Below, one piece after another: positions 39,089-51,010 of a DNA stretch of 64,000 bases. Position 1 is the stretch's first letter. Each line of letters opens with the position of its first letter. Made by a program: the position numbers and the translations under genes. The notes under the pieces were generated by a model that worked only from the letters and a program-made list of their open reading frames with translations, did no database searches and was not told the origin of the DNA. Origin of the DNA: Cyanophora paradoxa CCMP329 (lineage: Eukaryota; Plantae; Glaucophyta); the NCBI GenBank assembly GCA_004431415.1, contig QPMI01000452.1, positions 124,001 through 188,000 on the forward strand, in the 5' to 3' direction.

Positions 39089-40368
39089 CGGACCGTCCGG
39101 CGATCTACACACACGCGCGCACGCGCGCGAGGGGCTCAAACTCGCGCCGCAGCTCTACGGCCGTTTCGGCGGCTCATCGCTGAGCTGCAGCACGGGCACC
39201 CGCGGCCGTTGTCAGGCTGGTTTCGGCGTCCTGCACGGCTATCGCTAGCTAACCTTCAGCTATAGCTAGTCGAAGAGTGCGAGCGTGATGCAATCGCTAG
39301 CTTTGCGGCCGAGTCGCGGCTGGACACGATGACGCGATGCGCATACGCCGTGGCTGCCGTACGCCGCTGCTGTTGCAGTGTAGCTAAACGGTTGTCGAAA
39401 GAGCGCTGCTGACGCCCGAAGGTTGCACAATTGCAACGCCCGCGGCCTGCGGCCTGCTGCGCGAGAAGGCTCCGGCCGCGGCTGGATTCAAGGCCGTCTC
39501 AGAGAGCGCGCCTTACTCCGTCTCCCGGAGTCCCACGCTCTGAAGACGTAGGGAACGTATCTGCGCGTGGACAAGGGAATCGGTTCGGGAACTGCTCGGA
39601 GTCCGATCTCAGGGCCGGCCAGCCGAGCGCTCAGCGGCAGGGACGCGCACGTCTTCTGATCTTAGCCGGTTACTCCGGCCGCCATGATCAGCGCGTTGCC
39701 ACTGTGACTTGCCAGACTTCGAGCCAAGTTCGAGGTCGAAGTCTCGATCCCTAGGAGCGCCGGAGGTCGGAGGGGTGCGCTGCTTTTTGCGATGAAGGCG
39801 TACCCACCTCCGACACCGAACCGGCAAGAAAGAGCTTTAAATTTAATTTTCGACAGCCTAGCACGCATATGCCGATTCGTATGCGTACTCGCTGAGCTCC
39901 ACTGCAGCTGATGAGGCTGCTGGGCGTCGGATGAGGCTCCACTGCACATGGCGTCGGCTAGAATTGCTAGCCTAGGCTGCTGCCTAGCTATAGTAGGCTG
40001 ATGCATATGATCTAGCTCGACCTCATGATCATATGCACTGCGGCATGCGCAGCCGCGCCGCAGCGCAGCTACTCGACTACTAGGCAAGCGCTCGGAGGAT
40101 CCGCAGCCGCCGCGGCCGTCGAACGCTGGCGCCGGGCCCGGGGGCTCGGGCTGCGGCGCCGCGGGGGGAGTAGGCTTCTGCCACTCGCACAATCGCGAGC
40201 AATAATACGCGCCCTAGACCGACAGAGGCGCCGGGAAAAGCAACATAAAAAGCCTAGTAGCGCCGCGGCGTCCTTGCAACACATGATCCTTGTAGAGGTC
40301 CCCCGCCTCGACTGTCCCTGAGAGGCTTGCGAAGATTCAGAATGCGTCGGAAAGGCAGACCTCATCGC

Positions 40369-41067
40369 CTATCCACGCCTGGGCGTGCTGCGAGAAGCGG
40401 GGCGGCCGGCGTGAGCACCGCGGATCCCGCCCCGCCTCGCCTGGAACGAGCGGTGCCGCCGGACGCACCCAGGCCTCCTCGGCGGCGGCCGCGAGCTCAG
40501 CGGCATCGCAGAAGAAGAGGTCACCGCCCTCCGTGGCCGCCTCTGAGGCGAAGAGCCTCGGCGGCGCGCTCTCCAGCGCACCGGACACTTCGTTTGCAGC
40601 TGGGGTGGAATAGGGGGCGGGGTGGAATAGAGCTCATTAACAGGAGAGAAGACGGCCGGCTCGAAACCAGGGACGCGCGCACCGGACGAATCGGCCATGC
40701 CGCCACCGAGGACTGCAATACCTACGGGAGCAGGGTTGGGAGCGGCGCGAGGAACGTCAACGAAGAACGCGGGTCCGAGCGCCGAGCGTAGGCGTGCGCG
40801 CTCACCCGTTTCCTCCACGTCGTCTTCGGAGCATGCGCCCAATGAGAAGTCCGCCTTGTACTTCTCCGCGAAGTCCTCCTTACTCAGTCCCTCCTTCAGC
40901 TCGGGATTTGCGCACATCAGATGGCAGAAGTTGCTGATGCATGCGATCAGACTTAGAGGCTAGGCCAGGAGCGGATGACGGGAGGAGCTAGCGCCCGTAC
41001 ACGCCACTCGCCTGTGTGTTGCGCCTCGAAAGCAGACGGGACTATAATCCATCGTACAAATGCACAT
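40369..41067 (-). CDS. Atypical Kazal-domain protein 1 (P1 Met) with acidic tail; 5' end uncertain
   Basis: Spliced product MCICTMDYSPVCFRGATHS|NFCHLMCANPELKEGLSKEDFAEKYKADFSLGACSEDDVEET|GIAVL... has six Kazal-pattern cysteines. Needs a GC-AG intron (donor 41011). Confidence 0.75.
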
Positions 41068-41756
41068 CTTGGCCGATCAGCTGTGACGCTCAAGGCTTAG
41101 CTTGGGCGATCTGCTCGGGAGAGCACTGCCGACTCAGTGCCGAGTCACAAGCACAGCGGCGGAGGCACTCGGCTGCACGTACTCGGGGCGGCACTCAGAC
41201 GCACTCGGACGCGGCACTCCCGGCCGCTCACTCCGCGACAGGGGGTACAGTCTGCTCGCCGCGACAGCACCTTGCCACCTTCCCGCCGCGAAAGCAGCAC
41301 GTCCCTTCGTCTGATTTATCGCCGCTCGCATTTCTTGGGGTGAATCAGCGCGTCCGCGTGGCGGGCGCCCCTTTCGTTGCGGAAGCGCGTGCCGGCGCGC
41401 GAGCACTCAGCCCAGTTTTACAGCTTCTTTAGGGTCGCGCTCTTCGCGGCACAAGGCAGCAGCCGGACAGCGGGCGTGTTAGGGCGGCACATGCACATGT
41501 GCTGGTACTCGAACAAGTGACTGGCCCTTCGATTCTGGAGGTTGAGCGGCATCCTCAGTGTACTCACTCAGCGTATTTCGCTCGCATCTGTAGGAGCCGT
41601 AGGTTGTTCAGACCGCCCGCGCTCGCTATGGCAAGAGCGGCGAGAGATCCCGGCGGCGAGCCTCGCCGCGGCGGATGCATCCTCGCGACGAGCCACTAGC
41701 TGACGCGCTCGAGCGATACACGTACATATCCGGCGGCAGCCCTGGTGGCGGTGGCC

Positions 41757-44700
41757 ATGCACATGGCCACCGCGAATCCCAACCGCCTGCCGCCCCTCGC
41801 GTGTGCGGGGCCAGGGCCGCCTGCCGATTCTGAAGAAGGACCGGGGAACAGACCGCCGCCTCCCCCTCCTTGGTCGGAGGCGCGGCCCGGCAGTTTCCAG
41901 GTCAGCGCCGGCGCCGGCGCTTGCGATCATGAGCACAAGCCGGCACCTTGCGAGATGTCGGGCACATCCACCGACCGCGTTGGACCTCCTCGTCGACTTG
42001 ACAGCATCCGCCGAGTCTCGAGCCGCCTGCTGCGGGGCGCTGTTGAGAGCGCGGTCGGCGCCACCCTGCGGGCGCTCCTGCTGGTTACACTGGTCTGCGT
42101 CCCGCCGGGCCACCCTGCAATCTATCGGCGCATCTCAAAATTATGCATCGCAGGCGCCGGTGACTGTGGTGGCGATTCAGGTTCCCCCTTGCGCATGCCG
42201 AGCTCTGCCCCCATCTGCAGCTCATCATTTCTTCGTCGCCAGATGGTCACGCCCTACCACAGTATTGAGAGCTACCTCGCTCGCGTCGCTGTCTTCGCCG
42301 CTGTTGGTTCGCCGCTGCTCCCTTATGTCCACTGCCTTCATGACGCCTCTGTCCGCAGTCGGGCTGGGGACCGTGCTGCACTCGATGTCCCAGTTCCAGC
42401 TGTACGCGCGATGCGAGTGGAGGCACGTCGCCTTCACCTGGCCCCTAGTACGCCCCTGCGATTTCCCGCTTGCGTTCTTGCCGACTTCTGGGGCGTGCAG
42501 ATCCACTACGGCGTTGGCATACCCGTCTTCGTCGCCGCCAACGCCGCCGTGGACCTCTCGCGCGTCCCCTTCGGCTACGCGATCGGCGTAGTCACCATCG
42601 TCGTCGCGGGCCAGGTGCCCTTCCTCCCCCCTCTCTCGCCTGTGTTTCGGCTGGCGCCTTGGCCGGACGCGCGCGTCGCCCCCCAGGTCAACGGGCGCTT
42701 CCACACGGCCAGGCTGCAGCGGCTCGCCGCGCGGGTCCGCCCCGTCCCGCCCCGCCCCGCCCCGCACCGCCTCTCGGGCCTGCGCGCTGAGCCGCGCGCA
42801 GGTGCAGGCCGAGGACGGCTTCGCCGACGCTGAATCCCTTCGCGCGTCGCGGTACCCCGCGCCTTTTCCCCCCCGCTTCGCCTCTCCGGAGGCTCAGGCG
42901 CCTGCCCGCACGCGCCCCGCAGGCCGCCGGTTGACATCAACTTCTACTTCCGGCGCGCCAGCGTCGCCAGCCTCGCCATCTTCATGCTGCCCGTCCTGTG
43001 CGCCCCCACGCCGTACCCCTGTGCCCCGGCCCGCCTCGACTGACCCCCCCTCCCCCCTCCTCCCCCGCAGGTACCTCTTCGTGTTCTCCGTGCGGCCGTA
43101 CCCATCCCTTACCCTCTCTCCCTGACTCGCCCCCCTTCCTCCGAAGGCGGTGTCCACTGCGTCGGGCCAGGTACCCCGCCAGCCCTTCTTCCCCCCCCCC
43201 CCCCCCCCCCCCCCGCCTCTGAGCGAAGGCTAGATCGCGATCAACATCGCCACGAGCGTGCTCTCGTATCTTCTTATGGCCATTCTGCTTCGCGTCGTCG
43301 GCCGCCAGGTCCGCCCGCGCCCCGGTACCCCTCCCGACGCCCCGCCTCATCTCTGTACCCCCAGATCTACGAGGCCCTGCCGGACGGGGACGCCCTCACG
43401 ATCTTCATCCTGCAGTCGCTCACCAAGCTCCGTGTATTCCGCCAGCTCTGTTACTTTCGGGTCCGCGCGCCGCCTTGGCGCGCTGCGGCACAAGAACGGC
43501 GTCGAGCGTGCGCGCGGGGGGCAGGTGCGGAGCCTGGAGGTGTTTGCGGTGTCGCTGGTGCTGGAGCTGCTCGCCGTCACCTTCCCCGCCTCCCTCCTCG
43601 CCGACCGCTTCGGGCGGCCGGCGCTCCGCCAGGTCCGCGGCGAGGCGCCGGCCGTGGGCCCGGCGCGTCGTGCTCTCATCTCGTACCCCTCCCGCAGTTC
43701 AAGTTCCTGGCGCGGCGGTTCCGGGAGAAGAGCGACGCTGCGCCGGCCCTCGCGCCCGCCCGCGGTAGGGCGGCGGCCGGCGTACCGCGGCCCAGCTCCC
43801 TTCCCTTCTTCGGCGGGCTGCCCTCGCCCACCGCCGGCGAGGCGGGGTGCGACCGGGAGGCGGGGGGGCCGGCGGTGCGGGCGCGGCGGCGCTCCGTCTC
43901 AGGCGACTTCGGAGCGGAGGAGGAGCGCCCGGCTGCGCGTTCCTCGCCCCCGGCCGCCGCAGCCGCCGCCATCGGCGCCGCGTCCTCGGGGGCCCGCCCC
44001 GCGTCGACCTCGTCCTCCACGGCGCTGCTCGCCGGCGCCTCCTTTGCCGAGGACGGGGACCCGGAGCTCGAGGGGCCCGGCGGGGAGCGCGACGGGTACG
44101 ACTCCGGCTCCGATAGCGGCGTCTCCCTGCAGACCTTCCAGACCGGCGTGAGGTCCGCCCGCGCGCCGCCCTCGCCGGCCGGCCGCTGGCCGTGATGATG
44201 AACGCGCCGCTCGCTGCAGGTCGATGCTGGTGCTTAACGCGATCGCGTGCTGGGTCGGCTGCGCGACGTTCGCCGTCGGCGTCTGCGTCGCCCGCTGGGG
44301 CCCCGCCCACGCCTCCTTCCCCTTCTCCCCCGTCACCTTTGACGACGGCTCCTTCGCCGCCGCCATGGCGGTGCCTCCCCTTGTACCCGGCCTCGCCGGC
44401 TCCGATCATTTCCTGACCGACCGCTGCTGCGCGGCCAGACGACGGGGATCTCGGCGGCGGCGCACGCCGGCCTCCTCCTCGTCTTCCAGGCCCGCCGTAC
44501 CCTCCTGGGTCTCCCGGGGTACAGCGTTTGACGGCGCGCAGGTGGTCGGCTGGGTCGTCCCGGATCTGAGGGAGAAGCTCGGCCTCGCCTCCTCGTGGGG
44601 GGTACGCGGGCAGAAGCCGCCCCGCCCTCCCCGCAGCCTGCTGAGCGCCCGCGGGGCCGCAGGTGCTGCGGAGGCACTGGCTCACTATCGCGATGATGTT

Positions 44701-44794
44701 TTCCGTCAGCACAACGATCCCTTTCCTGGCGCTGTACAGATACAGCAACATCTACGCCTACGTCTTCCCCGGGGCCTACGAGGTCTTGGCGTGA
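41757..44794 (+). CDS. Multi-pass membrane protein of unknown family, paralog 2
   Basis: Start MHMATANPNRLPPL. Same exon structure as the paralogs, including 19-nt (YLFVFS) and 24-nt (AVSTASGQ) micro-exons. Ends YSNIYAYVFPGAYEVLA*. Confidence 0.85.
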
Positions 44795-45420
44795 ATGCCT
44801 CGACATTCTTTGCAGTGAATGCGACGCACTTGTTTTCATCTAGTTTCAATAGATCTCTCGCTCGGCAGTGCATGTGCCGCGATGCGCGCATGTGACCGTA
44901 CGCAGACTGAGGCCAGGCTTTTGATAATGTGATCATGCGAGGCCGGCCCGGTGGTCATCGCGCTCGCGCTCGCAATGGCAACGCGCGCTCGCGCGCGGGT
45001 GATCATGACGCGATGCACGTGCACGTGAGAGCAAGCTAGGCGGGTCTGGTGGGGCCGCGGTGGGGTACGGGTGTTTCGCAGCCTGCAGCTGCGCATGACC
45101 GGCCCGCCGGGCGACTCCGGTACCGCGCGCGAGCTGCTGGTGCCTGCCGCAGCCATTGCGCAGCCAGTGCGGCCATGAGCTCCTTGCTCAGCAGCTCCGT
45201 GCTTGTGCGGTCATCGGGGAAAAGCCAACCGCAGCTACCTATACGGTCGAGCTGACCCATAACCGTGTTGATCATGATAATCGCCCGCGAGCCCGAGGAC
45301 CGTCGTGATTGGAGCTCGAAACCTGCGATGGCGAGACAGCCAGCCGTGAACCCCGCGATGAGTCGCTAGCTGAAGAGCTCGAGCGATACATATCCGGCGG
45401 GCGCCCTGGTGGCGGTGGCC

Positions 45421-48400
45421 ATGCATATGGCGACCGCAAATTCGAACCGCCTGCCGCCCCTCGCGTGTGGGGGGCCAGAGCCGCCTGCCGACTCTGAAGA
45501 CGGACCAGGGGACAGACCGCCGCCTCCTCCTCCTTGGTCGGAGGCGCGGCCCGGCGCTCTTTTATACACGGAGACGCCGCGGCCGCAGGGCACTGGTGTC
45601 GTCTCGCCTTCCTTCGGGCCCGTGGCTGGATGGGGCGACGGCCCGCCACCGCCTTGGACAGAGGCGCGGTCCGCGAAGGCCCCGCGGACAGCCAGCCGCC
45701 CAGCTGCAGAGGACAAGCCAGCTGCAGGAGCTCCCGGAGGGAACAGCAGTCGCGGCCGGTCTTCCCGTCGGCTCCATAGCATCCGCCGAATATCGAGACG
45801 GCTGCTGCGGAGCGCCGTCGAGAGCGCCCCCGCCGTCGCCGCCTCCGCCGGCGCCACCCTGCGGGCGCTCCTGCTGGTCACACTGGTCTGCGCCCCACCG
45901 GTCCGCCCTGCAGTCGGTCGTCCCATCTCACTTGCATCGCAGGCGCCGGTGGTGATGGTTGCGATTCAGGTGCACCCCTGCGCGTGCCCAGCTCTGCCCC
46001 CATCTGCATTTCATCGTTTTCTCTTCGCCAGATGGTCATCCCGTACCACGCGATAGCAAGCCACGTCGGGCGCGCAGCGCTCTTCGTCGCTGTTGGTTTG
46101 CCGCCCCTCCATTCGGGCCTCTCCTATGCCGCCTGTGATGTCTCTCTGCCCGCGGCCCGCAGTCGGCCTGGGGACCGTGCTCCACTCGATGTCCCAGTTC
46201 CAGCTGTACGCGCAATGCGAGTGGAGGCACATCGCCTTCACCTGGCCCCTCGTGCGCTATTCTGCCTCCTCTCTGCTCCCCCACGAAACAAACGGGGACC
46301 CGTGACCCCGCAGATCTACCTTGCTCTGTTCGTGGGCATTTTCGTCGCCGTCAACGCTGCTGTCGACCTTTCGCGCGTACCATTCGGCTACGCGACTGGA
46401 GTCGTGAATACTGTCATAGCGAGCCAGGTACCCTTCCCCCCCCCCCCCCCCCCCCACCCCCAACCCCGCACCCTCGCCGCCCGCCCCGCGCATACACACA
46501 TACTTCCGCCTCCCCGCGCCCGGCCCTCGCGCCCTTGCCGAGGGCGCCGCTCAGGTGAACTCGCGGTTCCACGCCTTCCGGCTGCGGCGGCTCGCCGCCC
46601 GGGTCCGCCCGCCCCGCCCCGCCCCGCCCCCCCCCCCCCCCCCCCCCCCCCCCGCGGGGCCCCTGCAGCCTGCGCTGACGCGGGCGCAGGTGCAGGCGGA
46701 GGACGGCCTCGCCGACGCCAAGTCCCTCCAGGAGGCCCTCCGCTCGCCCCGGTACCCCCCGCCCCCTCCGCCCCGGGGCCCCCGCGCCCCGCCCACGCCG
46801 GCGCAGGAGCAGCCGGCCGGGGGACAACAACTTTTATTTTCGCCGCCTTGCAGTCGTCTCGCTCGCCATCTACGTGATGCCCGTCTCGTGCGCCTCTGCC
46901 CCGTACCACTGTACCCTGCTTCACCTCGGCTTACGCCCCCCTTAGGTACCTCTTCGTGTTTTCCGTGCGGCCGTACCCCCTGCCCTCGCCCCCGCCATCT
47001 CCCCTGGCTCACCCCCCACCCCCTCCTCCGAAGGCGGTGTCCGCTGCCTCGGCCCAGGTACCCCCTCCCCTCCCCCCCCCCCGCCCCACCCCAGCCGCCC
47101 CTCCAACCCTCCCCGGCCCCCTGTCTCTTTAGATCGCGATCAACATCGCCACGAGCGTGCTCTCGTATCTTCTTATGGCCATTCTGCTCCGCTTCGTCGG
47201 GCTCCAGGTCCGCCCGCGCCCCGGTACCCCTCCCGACGCCCCGCATCATCTCTGTACTCCCCAGATCTACGAGGCCCTGCCGGACGGGGACGCTCTCACG
47301 ATCTTCATTCTCGAGTCGCTCACCAAGCTCCGTGTATTCCGCCAGCTCTGTTACTTTCGGGTCCGCGCGCCGCCTTGGCGCGCTGCGGCACAAGAACGGC
47401 GTCGAGCGTGCGCGCGGGGGGCAGGTGCGGAGCCTGGAGGTGTTTGCGGTGTCGCTGGTGCTGGAGCTGCTCGCCGTCACCTTCCCCGCCTCCCTCCTCG
47501 CCGACCGCTTCGGCCGCCCCGTCCTCAGACAGGTCCGCCCGCCCCGGGCGCCTCCGCCCGGCGCGGCCCAACGCCCGCCCCGCAGTTCAAGTTCCTGGCG
47601 CGCCGCATACGCGACAAGGCGGTTACAACTTCCCGCGCTTCACTGCCGGTTCCCTCTACACTGCCGAGGTCGGATCGGGAGGCGGGGGAGCCGGCGGTGA
47701 GGGCGCGGTGGCGCTCCGTCTCCGGCGACTTCGGAGCGGAGGAGGAGCGCCCGGCCGCGCGCGCCTCGCCCCCGGCCGCCGCAGCCGCAGCCGCCATGGC
47801 CGCCGGCTTCGGGGGGCCCGGGGGACCCTCCCCCGCCCCGTCGGCCGCCACCTCCACCGCCATGCTCGCCGCGCCGGTCCTCCCGGAAGGCGTCCCGGAG
47901 CTCGAGGGGTACGACGCCGATCGAGACGGGTACGACTCCGGCTCCGATAGCGGCGTCTCCCTGCAGACCTTCCAGACCGGCGTGAGGTCCGCCCGCGCGC
48001 GGCCCTCGCCGGCCGGCCGCTGGCCGTGATGATGAACGCGCCGCTCTCTGCAGGTCGATGCTGGTGCTTAACGCGATCGCGTGCTGGGTCGGCTGCGCGA
48101 CGTTCGCCGTCGGCGTCTGCGTCGCCCGCTGGGGCCCCGCCCACGCCTCCTTCCCCTTCTCCCCTGTCACCTTTGACGACGGCTCCTTCGCGGCCGCCAT
48201 GGCGGTGCCTGCCCTTGTACCCGTCCTCGCTGGCTCCGATCATTTTCTGACGGACCGCTGCTGGGGGGCCAGACGACGGGGATCTCGGCGGCGGCGCACG
48301 CCGGCCTCCTCCTCGTCTTCCAGGCCCGCCGTACCCCCCTGGGTCTCCCGGGGTACAGCGTTTGACGGCGCGCAGGTGGTCGGCTGGGTCGTCCCGGATT

Positions 48401-48628
48401 TGAGGGAGAAGCTCGGCCTCGCTTCCTCGTGGGGGGTACGCGAGCAGAAGCCGCCCCGCCCTCCCCGCGGCCTGCTGAGTGCCCGCGGGGCCGCAGGTGC
48501 TGCGGAGGCACTGGCTCACTATCGCGATGATGTTCTGCGCCAGCACAGTGCTCCCACTCTTGACTCTGTACCGTTACAGCAACATCTACGCCTACGTTTT
48601 CCCAGAAGCCTACGAGGCCTTGCCTTGA
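45421..48628 (+). CDS. Multi-pass membrane protein of unknown family, paralog 3 (mosaic of paralogs 1 and 2)
   Basis: Start MHMATANSNRLPPL. Same exon structure. Ends YSNIYAYVFPEAYEALP*. Confidence 0.85.
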
Positions 48629-48644
48629 ACGCGGCTGATATCGC

Positions 48645-48699
48645 TTTCAAGCTAGTCTATTTCTAAGCATAGTTTCAAGCTAGTCTATTCCTAAGCATA
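48645..48699 (+). repeat. 28-bp tandem duplication in the 3' UTR of paralog 3
   Basis: tttcaagctagtctat(t/c)ctaagcata occurs twice with one mismatch. Confidence 0.9.
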
Positions 48700-49189
48700 T
48701 TTAGTACAAGACAATTTCAATCACGTACAGACTGGTACAGTTCCTCTACGTATACTTGTCACTGTTTCACTAAGTACTGCGTCACTGACGTGAGCTTTTC
48801 AACGAATTCATTGAGTGATTGTACACTCGTACCATGCATATGCATGCGCATATGCATGCGACTCTCGGCGACATGTACACTCGAGCTCGTCGCGACGGAA
48901 GTGGATCCGGCGGCGGCGCGGTGTCGACGTGCCACGGTGCCGCAGTGCACGCCACTGGGCCGTCGGACGTCTCGACTGGATGGCGCACTGCGGCACCCGC
49001 GACCAGTATGGTGACCGGCACCATCATGATCATGATTCATGATCATGATCCGATGATCATGATCACTGAGTCACTGAGTCATATGCATGATCATACGTAT
49101 ACATATGGCCGCCGCGGCCCCGCGCGCGCGCGCGCGGGGCGACTCGGCGAGGCCTAGGCAGCTGCAGATATTTATGCATGATCGAGCTC

Positions 49190-51010
49190 GAGAGTAGATG
49201 CTACATAGTAGATTAACCCATGTTCCCCTTGGAAGAAAATTCCGTTTAGTACTACGGCAGACTCAAACTGCCAGCATTGAGAGCGGTGCGAACAGTCAAA
49301 GTCACTGACTGGACTGTGCTCCATGGGTGGTCCAGCCTGGGCTGCCAACAGTCGTGCCAGCATGTTTGGTAAGTGGGGAACTTGTGAATCGCAGGCCAGT
49401 GGTTGAGTTGTCGCTCTCATTGGTATACTCAATTCGATATGCACTTGAAGGCTGCCAGTGCTGCCTTGACTCACTGTGGTCACTGAGACAGGCTCCACAT
49501 GAGAAGGAAAAGTCACTGAGTGATGTATGACTCTGTGACTTCTTAAAAAAAGTAGCGGCAGCCGCTGCCCTTGCCAGTGAGCTTGGAAGTATGAAGTGGG
49601 AAGATCTGCCACAGAGTGGAGTTTTGTGGCTGAAATTGGGTATCCGGCAGTTCTGTCAATGGAAAGTCCCTTTAGTGCTGTGGTGCACTTGATTGCTCAG
49701 TGCCGATTCAGAACCAGTTCGATTCTTGGCAAACAATAAATAATACATTAAACATCTTGGCATGTACAACAAAAAGAAAAGCATATGTTCCACAATGTAC
49801 AAACAACAAAACAAGACAAAAAACAAAAAAACACAACACTAACACAACGTTCACACATTCACAACAAACAAAACAGAAACTTGCCAAATTGAAATTGAAG
49901 AGATTGTACTTGCATTGTTTGTTTAACATCTAGATCAGTGGCATCTAGATCTTTACATTGATCATGATGCATGCATTATTCATCATGGCATCATTGCATG
50001 CATAAAATATTGTTGCGTGTTACATGCATGAAATAAAATGATCAATGATTGACTTGTTCATGATCAATTCTTCTACAACCTTGCCAGGTTGTTTTTGCCA
50101 AGTTGCCAATTGAAGTGTTCAATTCTTAAGCTTCTTGCAATTGTTCATGATCAGTGCCGCAATGTGTTGCCAGGCTAGATAGCTGGCAAGGTGGTGTATT
50201 GGGGGTACAGGCAGACTGAGGTACAGGGGTACAAAGCTACAGGGACTTCGACAGTATATCACTGCTGCAATACATGTTAACGTTCAAGCTTCTTGCCCAC
50301 TTTCCTGCTAAGGATTGCCCTTGCTTTGCCAGCCATGGCCAGTATTTAACACCAAAACTCGATGTTCGATGACAGATCTAGAACATAAATGATCAAAACT
50401 TTGAAATACGTATACATTGCATGTGCTTCTTTTGTATTGTTTTGTGATCACTTCATTGTTTCTGGATCTGTTCTGAAATGCTCTCTTCTTCAGTGCTTCA
50501 GCTTCATTTTCGTTCTTTGTAATACGATTGATCATGAACCACAAGAGATTCATGTGTGCAATTTCAAACTTCTTGCAATTGTTCAGTGCTTTAGCTCTTC
50601 TTCTCATCTTCCTGGCTAAAGCTATAGCTATAGCTAAGAATATCAAATCGCCCTTTAATTTCTTTGCCAGCCAAGAATTAAACACCAATTGCAAAGCACT
50701 GTGTTTCATGACAAACCATAAATGATGAAGCCTCGCTTTGGACTACATTGCATCTCGTGCATTGTTTCCAGATTACATGATCAGTGTTTAATTTCTACAT
50801 CTTCCATGCACTCACATCTGTGTTCTTTATGTTCAGTGCTTCAGCTTCTTCTGTTCTGTCTTTACAACTTTAGTACTTCATTCTCATTCTTTGTTCAATT
50901 AATAAGTAGTAGTAGTAGTAGTAGTACGTAGAAGAAGAAGAATAGACCACAAGAAATCAAAGACTCCTAAATAACACTGGGGGGGTGCGGGGGGGCGGAG
51001 CCCCCCTGCT
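49190..51010 (-). mobile_element. AT-rich, CpG-depleted degenerate element (probable TE relic with decayed ORF)
   Basis: Abrupt drop in GC and CpG with TpG/CpA excess. One minus-strand frame (49929-49247) has only TGA/TAA internal stops. An (AGT)7 tract lies at 50905-50926 and a GC hairpin at 50987-51009 marks the right edge. Superfamily not identifiable. Confidence 0.55.

Noticed and set aside
39250-40330. Possible gene between TM paralog 1 and Kazal-1
   Set aside because: I found no consistent exon chain or recognisable motif.
49172-50931. Track ORFs in the AT-rich island (146, 133, 77 aa and others) as real genes, or TGA readthrough as an alternative genetic code
   Set aside because: Compositions look mutation-derived, and neighbouring genes use TGA as a normal stop. 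Decay by C-to-T change is the simpler explanation.
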